A stretch of DNA of 60,070 nucleotides from Candidatus Spechtbacteria bacterium. Its GTDB lineage: Bacteria; Patescibacteriota; Minisyncoccia; Spechtbacterales; JACPHP01. The notes under the pieces are model-generated. The model saw nothing but the letters and a program-made list of their open reading frames with translations. It searched no databases and was not told where the DNA came from. Positions 1-7,858 of this stretch are shown piece after piece; positions within the stretch are counted from its first letter, which is position 1, and the number at the start of each line of letters is the position of its first letter. Where the stretch lies: assembly GCA_016188605.1 (NCBI GenBank), contig JACPHP010000016.1:1-60070 (forward strand). Direction: 5' to 3'. The position numbers and the translations under genes are program-made.

Positions 1-666
1 GTGATGACGAATGTAACGGGCATTCCTGTTTCAGCTTTAGCAAACGGCACAGACGGTGAACTTATCACCTGGGACGCTTCGGGCGTTGCCACAACAGTCG
101 CCGCAGGAACAGCCGCCCAAGTTCTTACCTCCAATGGCGCGGGAGCGGCTCCAACGTTCCAAGCGGCGGCGGGAGGAGGGACGACGATCCTTCACCGGGT
201 GAGCGCGGCACAGGCGGCGACGACTTGCGCGACAACGGATACGAATTTGACGGGAGGGACGTATACAATTCCAGCAAATCTTTTGTCTACAAACAAAGGG
301 ATAAGGTGGACAGCTTTAGTTAGTACTGTTGCCATAGGAACTGCAGATCAGATCAACTTCCTTATAGATATAGCAGGAACTAATATTGTTACCAATAGCC
401 ATTCCCTAGCATTTGGCAATTCTGTCACTGAAGTTTCTGGATTATTATATAATCGAGACAGCACTTCTTCCCAGATTGCATATAACAACCTAAGTTTTAC
501 CGGAGATGCAAGTGGTTCTAGAATTGCGTATGGAACTGCAGGTGTAGATAGCACTGCAGATATCAGTTTTTCTATCCAATGCATTGATGTTAATCCCGGA
601 TCTGGAGGTGACGACGATCAATTTACTTTACAAATGTTAATTATTGAACAAGTAGGAACAGAATAA
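1..666 (+). CDS. hypothetical protein, 5' end cut by window edge; Gly/Ala/Thr-rich, tail-fibre-like motif (LTSNGAGAAPTFQAAAGGG)
   Basis: Open frame from the window edge to TAA at 664-666, followed by hairpin terminators. No family recognised with certainty. Confidence 0.55.
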   Translation: MMTNVTGIPVSALANGTDGELITWDASGVATTVAAGTAAQVLTSNGAGAAPTFQAAAGGGTTILHRVSAAQAATTCATTDTNLTGGTYTIPANLLSTNKGIRWTALVSTVAIGTADQINFLIDIAGTNIVTNSHSLAFGNSVTEVSGLLYNRDSTSSQIAYNNLSFTGDASGSRIAYGTAGVDSTADISFSIQCIDVNPGSGGDDDQFTLQMLIIEQVGTE

Positions 667-761
667 TTTAGGTACGTATCAGGCTAATCCTAGGACTAGG
701 AAGTCTAGGACCTAGCATACACGTTTGGATAAAAGGGTCAGGTACTTTTTGTTGATGTAGG

Positions 762-817
762 AGTGTTAGACATCCGATGTCTAACATCAAAAAAAGGAGG
801 GTCTGACCCTCCTTTTT
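762..817 (+). terminator. two consecutive hairpins; the second is aaaaaGGAGGGTCtGACCCTCCttttt
   Basis: Palindrome ttgatgt..gttagacatc/gatgtctaac..acatcaa at 762-790. An 8-bp GC stem with A/T runs follows at 791-817. Confidence 0.6.
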
Positions 818-988
818 GCTAGTTTGAGATTATTGCGGTAACCTCTTTTATTTTTATAGCTATTTGCTACAGTGGGGATATATACTAAACGGCAAGGGTA
901 TCTTAGCTTTTAATTTTTTGTAAAAAATTAAAAGCTAAGTGCTCTTGTTTGTGCTTATTAATTTGTTTATCAAGGTTAATAATAAGGT

Positions 989-1066
989 ATCCAGCTTCGC
1001 TGGATGCTCATAATTGCAGCCGTTAAGGCTGTGTTACAAAGTAACTTGCCTTAACGGGCAATTATG
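989..1066. repeat. hairpin pair upstream of glmS; the second is a member of the CATAATT...AATTATG(GCAT) family
   Basis: atccagc-ttc-gctggat at 989-1005. Arms cataattgcagccgttaaggc (1009-1029) and gccttaacgggcaattatg (1048-1066) end 2 nt before the glmS ATG. Confidence 0.7.
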
Positions 1067-1068
1067 GC

Positions 1069-2901
1069 ATGTGCGGAATCGTCGGCTACATAGGCAAAAA
1101 CAATGATCCTCGTTTGGGGCTCGAGGCCCTGAAGCGTTTGGAGTACCGCGGATACGATTCCGCCGGTATGGCTGTTTATGACGCTAAAAAAAAGCGTATA
1201 GTTTCGTTGCGCGCGGTTGGCCGTATCAGCGAGCTTGAAAAGAAATTTTACGAACATCCTTTTGAAGGCATGCCGTTTATTTTTCATACGCGCTGGGCAA
1301 CGCACGGTGAGCCATCAGTGAAAAACGCTCACCCTCATTTTGATTGCACGAAAACAATTTCAGTCGCTCATAACGGTATTATTGAAAATTATCAAACCCT
1401 TAAAGAGCATTTGCAAAAAGAAGGACATGTTTTTCATTCAGACACCGACACCGAGGTGCTTGCGCATCTAATTGAATCTCTGTATAAAAATAGTTTGGAA
1501 AAGGCGGTGCACAAGGCGCTAGGTATGGTGCGTGGAACTTACGGCCTTGCTGTTTTAAGCTCGCGCGAGCCGGATAAAATAATTGCGGCGCGCCTTTCAA
1601 GCCCCCTGCTTATTGGCGTTGGCAAGGGAGAGCATATCATTGCCTCGGACGCTTCTGCGGTTCTTGCGCATACCAAAGATGTGGTTTATATGCAGGACGG
1701 CGATATTGCAGTAATTACTCCTGATTCATTCAGTATCACAACGAAAAATTACGAAGCCCGCAATCCTGCGGTAGAGCAACTGGAGTGGAATCTTGAAGCG
1801 GCGCAAAAAGGCGGGTATCCGCATTTCATGCTCAAGGAAATTTTTGAGCAGCCGGATGCGATAGAGAATTCTTTGCGAGGGCGCATTCTCGCGCAAGACG
1901 GAAAAGCAAAACTAGGCGGCCTTGAAGTTGTAAAAGAAAAACTTCGAGATATTGAAAAAGTGCATATCATTGCCTGCGGGACTGCGTCGTACGCCGCTTC
2001 GGTGGGCGAATATATGCTAGAGGAATACGCCGGCATTCCCACGGAAGTTGATTTTGCTTCAGAGTTTCGTTACCGCAAACCTTTGCTTAATTCGCGTACC
2101 GCGGTGTTAGCGGTCTCTCAATCTGGCGAAACTGCTGACACGCTCGCGGCGCTGCGCGAGGCAAGAGAAAAAGGCGCGATGACGCTCGGTATCGTTAATG
2201 TCGTCGGCTCCACAATTGCCCGCGAGACAGACGCTGGCGTTTACAATCACGCCGGTCCGGAAATTGGAGTTGCGTCCACAAAAGCCTTTACATCGCAACT
2301 TGCAGTGCTAGCGCTTTTGACTTTGTTTTTGGGACGCCAGCGCGGCATGTCGGTCGTGATAGGAAAGCGCATCGCAAACGAACTCGCGCTTATTCCCGGA
2401 CACATGAGGGAAATTTTAAAGCAGGACGCGGCGATTAAAAAAATAGCGGCAAAATACCGCAACGCGCAAAACGCGCTTTACATTGGCAGAAAATATAATT
2501 TTCCAATTGCCCTTGAGGGAGCTTTGAAATTAAAAGAGATTTCATATATTCACGCAGAGGGATACGCATCGGGCGAAATGAAGCATGGCCCAATCGCGCT
2601 TATAGACGACAAATTCCCGACCATCGCGATCGCGCCGGAAGATTCGGTGTATGAAAAAATGCTTTCAAATATACAGGAGATAAAAGCGCGCAAAGGAAAA
2701 ATCATCGCGGTGACAACAATGGGCAACACAAAAATTAGCGCGCTTGCCGATGACGTTATTTATATTCCCAAAACCTTGGAGATGCTCACGCCTCTGCTAA
2801 GTGTCTTGCCGCTTCAGCTTTTGGCGTATCATATTGGCGTACTTAACGGCCGCGACGTAGACAAGCCAAGGAACTTGGCGAAGAGTGTGACCGTGGAATA
2901 G
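1069..2901 (+). CDS. glmS: glutamine--fructose-6-phosphate aminotransferase
   Basis: N-terminal MCGIVGY (Cys2 Ntn amidotransferase) plus two SIS domains and C-terminal KSVTVE. 610 aa. Confidence 0.97.
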   Translation: MCGIVGYIGKNNDPRLGLEALKRLEYRGYDSAGMAVYDAKKKRIVSLRAVGRISELEKKFYEHPFEGMPFIFHTRWATHGEPSVKNAHPHFDCTKTISVAHNGIIENYQTLKEHLQKEGHVFHSDTDTEVLAHLIESLYKNSLEKAVHKALGMVRGTYGLAVLSSREPDKIIAARLSSPLLIGVGKGEHIIASDASAVLAHTKDVVYMQDGDIAVITPDSFSITTKNYEARNPAVEQLEWNLEAAQKGGYPHFMLKEIFEQPDAIENSLRGRILAQDGKAKLGGLEVVKEKLRDIEKVHIIACGTASYAASVGEYMLEEYAGIPTEVDFASEFRYRKPLLNSRTAVLAVSQSGETADTLAALREAREKGAMTLGIVNVVGSTIARETDAGVYNHAGPEIGVASTKAFTSQLAVLALLTLFLGRQRGMSVVIGKRIANELALIPGHMREILKQDAAIKKIAAKYRNAQNALYIGRKYNFPIALEGALKLKEISYIHAEGYASGEMKHGPIALIDDKFPTIAIAPEDSVYEKMLSNIQEIKARKGKIIAVTTMGNTKISALADDVIYIPKTLEMLTPLLSVLPLQLLAYHIGVLNGRDVDKPRNLAKSVTVE

Positions 2902-2956
2902 TTGACATTTTAATGCTTTTACTGTAGAAATTTTATAGATTAGAAAGGAGAGCGCG

Positions 2957-3277
2957 ATGAGCGTTAACAAGCTATCTGGAGCAGAGAAGGAAGTCATCCG
3001 CCATGTGGTGGGGGAAAGACGAGAAATGATAGAAGGTATTGTCGGGCTTCTTAGCGCTGTTGTTGGCGAGGGAGAGGCCTTGAGCAGTACTATAGCCGTT
3101 GCCCTGATGGGCGAAGTAAATCGTATAGAGGTGGCGGGCGGAGATTCGTACGGTCTTTTTTCGCTAGAAGAAGTTAGAGCGCTAGCCCGGCGCATTGATG
3201 TTAGAGGAGACGTTGATATGCAGAATGAATTGAAGGCTGTATGCGCGCCACTCTTTCAAGTTCAAGTAAGATGGTAA
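2957..3277 (+). CDS. hypothetical protein (106 aa)
   Basis: ATG preceded by gaaaGGAGAg SD and followed by a hairpin terminator. No recognisable family. Confidence 0.55.
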   Translation: MSVNKLSGAEKEVIRHVVGERREMIEGIVGLLSAVVGEGEALSSTIAVALMGEVNRIEVAGGDSYGLFSLEEVRALARRIDVRGDVDMQNELKAVCAPLFQVQVRW

Positions 3278-3330
3278 AAAGAAGCCCGGGACTAAGTCCC
3301 GGGCTTTTCAATATGCCAGCCGTCTTTGTC
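3275..3330. repeat. direct repeat copy 1 (about 56 bp), includes terminator hairpin agcccgggact-aa-gtcccgggct
   Basis: taaaaagaagcccgggactaagtcccgggcttttcaatatgccagccgtctttgtc recurs at 4089-4145 with a single A indel. Confidence 0.9.
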
Positions 3331-3355
3331 GCGGTGTACGCCTATTCTGTGGATT
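3292..3355 (-). pseudogene. relic 3' end of a paralogue of the acetyltransferase gene at 4107-4889
   Basis: The minus strand reads ..HRIGVHRDKDGWHIEKPGT*. The intact gene ends ..HKVGYVRVDKDGWHIEKPGT*. There is no upstream ORF body. Confidence 0.55.
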
Positions 3356-3379
3356 TAACGCATTTTCATTACGATTTTA

Positions 3380-3407
3380 TTGACAAGGAATAGAATTCAT
3401 TTATACT
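3380..3407 (+). promoter_or_regulatory. sigma70-type promoter TTGACA-N16-TATACT
   Basis: -35 at 3380-3385 and -10 at 3402-3407, about 35 nt upstream of the HAD gene, which has an aaGGGAGGg SD. Confidence 0.6.
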
Positions 3408-3440
3408 AGTTTAAACACTTGAGTAAGGGAGGGCAAAAAA

Positions 3441-4091
3441 ATGGTGCGGTGCATTGCGATTGACTTTGACAACACACTTGCCCACATGGACGATCCGGGC
3501 TATTCTGGTCTTTTTGCTATTTTTACGAGCCGCGGCGTTTCCCTCGAAGCAGTCAGAGAGATTTATGGCAAAGTAACAGCGCTTGTTGGGTTTACTATTT
3601 GCGCCTTGATTGACGCTATCCAAGTTGCTGGTTTATTGAAGTGTGACGATACTATTGCCATTGAAAGAGAATTCGACTATTGGCTTCTTGGACACTTGAC
3701 GTGTTACGATGATAGCACTTCGCAAGTGAACGCGTGGCTTGCTCACGGGATTCCTGTTATCATAGTAACCTCCGGAGAGGAAAGTTATCAGCGAAAAAAA
3801 ATAGAAATCTCGCAAATTGCCTGTACGGATATTATCGTTGTTCCACCAACTCGCAAAAAGTCCCATGTAATACGGGAACTTTTTGGAAAATACGGCGGTC
3901 CGATTATTATGATTGACGACAAGGCATCCGAACTTGATTCTGTAAGAGAAGATGAGCTTTCTGAATCAGACGTGCGCACTATTTGGATCAAGCGCTTTGA
4001 CGGGCGTCATACTAATCAACACGCACAGTATCCTCACAAGGAAGTGACTACTCTCGCAGATCCAATTATTATTGCCCTTATAGATCTATAA
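3441..4091 (+). CDS. HAD-superfamily hydrolase
   Basis: Motif I IAIDFDNTLAH (DxDxT) and motif IV IMIDDKASE. 216 aa. Confidence 0.8.
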   Translation: MVRCIAIDFDNTLAHMDDPGYSGLFAIFTSRGVSLEAVREIYGKVTALVGFTICALIDAIQVAGLLKCDDTIAIEREFDYWLLGHLTCYDDSTSQVNAWLAHGIPVIIVTSGEESYQRKKIEISQIACTDIIVVPPTRKKSHVIRELFGKYGGPIIMIDDKASELDSVREDELSESDVRTIWIKRFDGRHTNQHAQYPHKEVTTLADPIIIALIDL

Positions 4092-4145
4092 AAAAGAAGC
4101 CCGGGACTAAGTCCCGGGCTTTTCAATATGCCAGCCGTCTTTGTC
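4089..4145. repeat. direct repeat copy 2; bidirectional terminator between the HAD gene and the convergent acetyltransferase gene
   Basis: Same 56-bp sequence as 3275-3330. Here it encodes the last 13 codons and the stop of the minus-strand gene. Confidence 0.9.
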
Positions 4146-4889
4146 CACGCGGACGTAGCCGACTTTATGAATTTGAGTATCAAATTGTTCAACTAGATTA
4201 GACACCGTCATGATCCCAGAGCGCTCTTGAAGAATATCTCCAATAACTCCCAGCGCTTCTAATATCGTTCGGTCTCTTTGCCCGCGCGCAATAACTAGCG
4301 TGCCGCGATTTTTGGTTTGCGGGGTTGCTTCGGGCACGTCTTTTGTTACGATTGATCCGGCGGCAATATATGCGTATTTACCAACATGCAGAGGAGCGAC
4401 AAGCATACTGCCGGATCCTACAAACACCGACTTATCCAAAACGGTTTTGTTTTTATGCACGCCATCGTAGTTGCAAAAAACCGCTCCTGCCCCGATATTA
4501 CACTCCGCTCCAATGCGCGCGTCGCCAATATAGCAAAAATGTTTTGCCTTTACGCGCATTCCAAGGAAAGAGCGTTTTATTTGGGCGTTGTCCTCAATTT
4601 TGCATTGCGGATTTATCACGGAGGATTCTATCCTGCAGAATGTGCCAATCACGCAGTTATCTGCTATGCGAGAATCAGCGATATAGTTATTGGGACCAAT
4701 TACACATTCGCGGCCAATGGTTGTCCCGCCTTCAATAACTACGCCCGGATAAATAATCGTGCCACTCCCTACCGACACTTTGTCTTCAATGTAGATATGG
4801 TCGGGGTCAATTATTATAACACCCGCTTGTATCAGTGTAATTATTTTTGTTTGTCGTTTGACCGAGTCTGCGTATGTTGGAATTTTCAA
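4107..4889 (-). CDS. left-handed beta-helix acetyltransferase resembling the GlmU C-terminal (GlcN-1-P acetyltransferase) domain only
   Basis: Hexapeptide repeats and CYIGDARIGAECNIGAGAVFCNYDGVHKNKTVLDKSVFVGSGSMLVAP, as in GlmU. No uridyltransferase domain. TTG start with AGGAGG SD. About 60 extra C-terminal residues. Confidence 0.85.
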   Translation of the reverse strand: MKIPTYADSVKRQTKIITLIQAGVIIIDPDHIYIEDKVSVGSGTIIYPGVVIEGGTTIGRECVIGPNNYIADSRIADNCVIGTFCRIESSVINPQCKIEDNAQIKRSFLGMRVKAKHFCYIGDARIGAECNIGAGAVFCNYDGVHKNKTVLDKSVFVGSGSMLVAPLHVGKYAYIAAGSIVTKDVPEATPQTKNRGTLVIARGQRDRTILEALGVIGDILQERSGIMTVSNLVEQFDTQIHKVGYVRVDKDGWHIEKPGT

Positions 4890-4944
4890 TTTGACCTCCT
4901 ATTGATGCAAAGAACATTAATCGCTATTGCGATAATCTTTTCTT

Positions 4945-5988
4945 ATGCTATACCATAAACACTATCTTATGCAAGAAAAAAAGACGCAATTTCGTATCGC
5001 GTTGGTGGGCGGGGGAACTGGCACCTCGCGTATTTTAACTGGCCTTAAAGACTTGCCGGCGCGTGTTTCAGTGCTTGTGACAACCGCGGACAGCGGCGGC
5101 TCTTCCGGCCGTCTGCGCAAGGATTTTAACATGGTGCCGCCTGGCGACGCGCGGCAATGCCTCGGCGCGCTGATTGGCAATGAAACATGGCAAAAATATT
5201 TTCACGCGAGATTTGCTACAGGCAAGCTGAAAGGGCATAATATAGGCAATCTGCTGCTAGCGCTTTTGCACGAAAAAAACGGCGATATTCAGTCGGCGCT
5301 TGATGAGGCATTAAATCTTTTTGACGTGCAAGATCACGAAATAGTGCCGGTTACAATTAAGCCAACAAGCCTAGTAGCTTTTTTGAAAAATGGAAAGAGA
5401 TTGCGTGGCGAAGATAGCATAACGTCATCCGATATAATACGCGCGGATCTGGAAAGTCTTTCACTTCTGCCAATCAATGTCTCTGCTAATCCTCGCGCAG
5501 TGAGCGCGTTGATGAATGCCGACGCAATTGTAGTAGGTCCAGGCAATTTATTTTCCAGCATCATTCCTAATTTTTTGGTACCGCAAATTAAGGAAGCATT
5601 TATTAATTCTTCGGCTAAGAAATTTTTTGTCGCAAACCTGATGACGCAGTCGGGGCATACAGATGGATTTACGCCAGGGGACTATGCAAAAGTCGTAGAA
5701 CAATACACTAAAGAAAATATTTTCGATTACGTGCTGTGCAATTCTCGTTTTATTCCGCGGAAGTTTTGGAATAAGCAGGGAATGGGTGAAGCGGTTCATG
5801 CCCCATTAGAGGCGATGCCTATAACGGGGCGAGCGGGAAGGGTCGAGAAAAATAAGCTTCGCTTCATATCCGGAGACTTTGTGGATTTTACCGTAGTGAA
5901 GCAAGATCCGTCAGATCCGCTGACGCGCACATCCGTAAGACACAACGGTGCGGCAATCGCACGTACAATTTTGCAATGTCTTCAGTAA
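4945..5988 (+). CDS. YvcK/CofD-like (UPF0052, gluconeogenesis-factor family) protein
   Basis: IALVGGGTGTSRILTGLK..VTTADSGGSSGRLR motif. Alternative start ATG at 4969. Confidence 0.85.
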   Translation: MLYHKHYLMQEKKTQFRIALVGGGTGTSRILTGLKDLPARVSVLVTTADSGGSSGRLRKDFNMVPPGDARQCLGALIGNETWQKYFHARFATGKLKGHNIGNLLLALLHEKNGDIQSALDEALNLFDVQDHEIVPVTIKPTSLVAFLKNGKRLRGEDSITSSDIIRADLESLSLLPINVSANPRAVSALMNADAIVVGPGNLFSSIIPNFLVPQIKEAFINSSAKKFFVANLMTQSGHTDGFTPGDYAKVVEQYTKENIFDYVLCNSRFIPRKFWNKQGMGEAVHAPLEAMPITGRAGRVEKNKLRFISGDFVDFTVVKQDPSDPLTRTSVRHNGAAIARTILQCLQ

Positions 5989-6701
5989 TAATACTTGATT
6001 TTGATAAAACTTTGTTTGATGCTGACGCTTTTCGCGGTGCGCTGGCGGGTGTTTTTGCCCGTCATGGGATAAGCGCCGAAGATGTTTATGCAACGTACGC
6101 GATGTGCAAACAGCATCATTCACAAAAATGGGTGCCAGAATATCAAATTGAATTGCTAGGGAAAAAATACAGCCAGATTGACTCTGCGTATCTGCTTAGC
6201 AACATCAATCTTTTGTGCAGAGCAAGCGAAAGATTTGTTTATCCCGACACCATTTCGTTTCTCGCGACCCTACAAGGTGCTGGCCACGAACTGCACGTGC
6301 TGTCGTTCGGCGACGAGCGTATTCAAGCAGAAAAAATTAACGGCTGCGGCATTGCTAAATACCTTTCATCTGTAAAGGTTACATCGCATAAAGATAAATC
6401 TCAGGAGCTGCACAATTACTTAGGCAAAGGCACTAAGCCGTCCGCGATTTTCATTGACGACAATAAAGATATTCTGCGAAGTGTAAAAATGCGACACCCT
6501 TTTGTTGTGACAATTTTAATGTCGCGAGATGGTGTTGGCCTAGGTAATATCGGGTCGTGCGCAGGTGAGGGCAAGATTTGTTTTACAGGAATTGATTATG
6601 AAGTCAGCTCGCTAGAGCAGGCACAAAGGATTATTGATATTAAAAATAGCAATTACCCATGGATATACTCTCTTTGGCAAAAGATAACGAAGAAGACGTA
6701 A
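5976..6701 (+). CDS. HAD-superfamily hydrolase
   Basis: VIILDFDKTLFD (DxDxT) and IFIDDNKD motifs. 241 aa. Confidence 0.75.
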   Translation: MSSVIILDFDKTLFDADAFRGALAGVFARHGISAEDVYATYAMCKQHHSQKWVPEYQIELLGKKYSQIDSAYLLSNINLLCRASERFVYPDTISFLATLQGAGHELHVLSFGDERIQAEKINGCGIAKYLSSVKVTSHKDKSQELHNYLGKGTKPSAIFIDDNKDILRSVKMRHPFVVTILMSRDGVGLGNIGSCAGEGKICFTGIDYEVSSLEQAQRIIDIKNSNYPWIYSLWQKITKKT

Positions 6702-7294
6702 TCTCGCGCGCAATACAAGCTTTGCAAAACGGCGGGGTTATTATTTACCCCACCGACACGCTGTACGGGCTTGGCGTAGATATTAAAAACGACGCCGCCG
6801 CGCGTCGACTTTTTGCGCTTAAAAAAAGGCCGGAGAATAAACCCGTGCCAGTGCTTGTGGATAGTATCGCGATGGCAAAAGAATACGCATTCATAGATGC
6901 AAAGCAAGAGAAGGTTTTAGGGTCGCTCTGGCCAGGGCCAGTAACTGTTATTTTGTGGAAGAAGAATAAAATTTCTTCGCTTGTCGCTTCCGGTGGGCAA
7001 ACAGTTGGGTTGCGCATTCCAGCTTCACAATTTTGTATTAATTTAATACATGCATTTGGCGGGGCGATTTCGGGTACGTCCGCCAATATTTCCGGCGAAC
7101 AGCCATCACTTGCTCTTGATCCTATTCTCGTGCAATTTCGCGAGCATGCTCGCTATCCCGATTTTGTTATTGATGCTGGCACGCTTAAATCTTCACCGCC
7201 CTCAACCGTTGTGGATTTAACAGGACATAGTCCAAAGATTTTGCGAGTAGGGCCGGTAACGGCAGGACAACTAAAGATGATTTTAGGAAATTAA
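6659..7294 (+). CDS. tsaC: L-threonylcarbamoyladenylate synthase (YrdC/Sua5 domain)
   Basis: IIYPTDTLYGLGVD..RLFALKKRP..LRIP..GTSANISG motifs. Confidence 0.9.
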   Translation: MDILSLAKDNEEDVISRAIQALQNGGVIIYPTDTLYGLGVDIKNDAAARRLFALKKRPENKPVPVLVDSIAMAKEYAFIDAKQEKVLGSLWPGPVTVILWKKNKISSLVASGGQTVGLRIPASQFCINLIHAFGGAISGTSANISGEQPSLALDPILVQFREHARYPDFVIDAGTLKSSPPSTVVDLTGHSPKILRVGPVTAGQLKMILGN

Positions 7295-7310
7295 AAAACA
7301 TAATAATAAA

Positions 7311-7362
7311 AGTTGAATTTCACTTAACATCAACGGCCGTTGATGTTAAGTGAAATTCAACT
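7311..7362. repeat. 52-nt perfect palindrome, copy 1
   Basis: agttgaatttcacttaacatcaacggccgttgatgttaagtgaaattcaact. The second copy is at 11979-12030. Confidence 0.95.
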
Positions 7363-7363
7363 T

Positions 7364-7389
7364 GCAAAAAAAACGACACGAGGTCGTTT
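7364..7389 (-). terminator. rho-independent terminator downstream of tRNA-Leu
   Basis: Minus strand reads aaacgac-ctcgt-gtcgttt followed by a U run. Confidence 0.65.
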
Positions 7390-7395
7390 TAGTCT

Positions 7396-7481
7396 TGGTG
7401 CCGGAGGAGGGAGTTGAACCCTCACCTTCTTGCGAAGACGAGATTTTGAGTCTCGCGTGTCTGCCATTCCACCACCCCGGC
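7396..7481 (-). tRNA. tRNA-Leu (anticodon CAA), CCA encoded
   Basis: Reverse complement is GCCGGGGTGGTGGAATGGCAGACACGCGAGACTCAAAATCTCGTCTTCGCAAGAAGGTGAGGGTTCAACTCCCTCCTCCGGCACCA. It has a 7-bp acceptor stem, CTCAAAA anticodon loop, long variable arm and TTCAACT T-loop. Confidence 0.93.
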
Positions 7482-7605
7482 ATCATTTGTACGGGATAAA
7501 TCTGCCAGCTAGAATTATAATAAGTGAAGTAAAGGCGAAACAATCTAGTTTCGCCCATGATACGTCTGCTACCTTGGCGATTGGAACTGAAAGTCCTAGG
7601 TCTCT

Positions 7606-7749
7606 TTACCTTTCAATAGTTGGTTTGATAGTCTCTATCTTTACGTATTCTTTGCAGATAGGACATCTCATAGGTGTTCCAATAAGAGTCTGGAAGTTAT
7701 GCTTGCACGTAGGGTTTGAACATTGGCAATCGAACCAATTTCTTCCCAT
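7606..7749 (-). CDS. small zinc-ribbon protein (47 aa), not in the ORF track
   Basis: GGAGGGattcgATG, then MGRNWFDCQCSNPTCKHNFQTLIGTPMRCPICKEYVKIETIKPTIER*. It has CxC..C and CxxC pairs and is divergent from parA. Confidence 0.45.
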   Translation of the reverse strand: MGRNWFDCQCSNPTCKHNFQTLIGTPMRCPICKEYVKIETIKPTIER

Positions 7750-7805
7750 CGAATCCCTCCGTATACCTTATGATCTTATATATAAGATATGAAAAAAATA
7801 TCATT

Positions 7806-7834
7806 TTGTCAACGAATCCACATTATGATATAGT
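7806..7834 (+). promoter_or_regulatory. promoter TTGTCA-N17-TATAGT upstream of parA
   Basis: -35 at 7806-7811 and -10 at 7829-7834. Confidence 0.55.
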
Positions 7835-7858
7835 AAAAACACTTTTTGAATATAATTC

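Noticed and set aside
1-666. A prophage or tail-fibre region at the window start
   Set aside because: There is only one partial Gly/Ala/Thr-rich ORF with a motif reminiscent of tail fibres. No other phage genes are visible, so the evidence is insufficient.
830-1068. A possible glmS ribozyme in the 240 nt upstream of glmS
   Set aside because: I could not find the conserved ribozyme core. The region is instead explained by three simple hairpins of the local repeat families. A cmscan would settle it.
7430-7792. A 120-aa plus-strand ORF
   Set aside because: It starts inside tRNA-Leu on the opposite strand and overlaps the better-supported 47-aa zinc-ribbon ORF. It has no SD.
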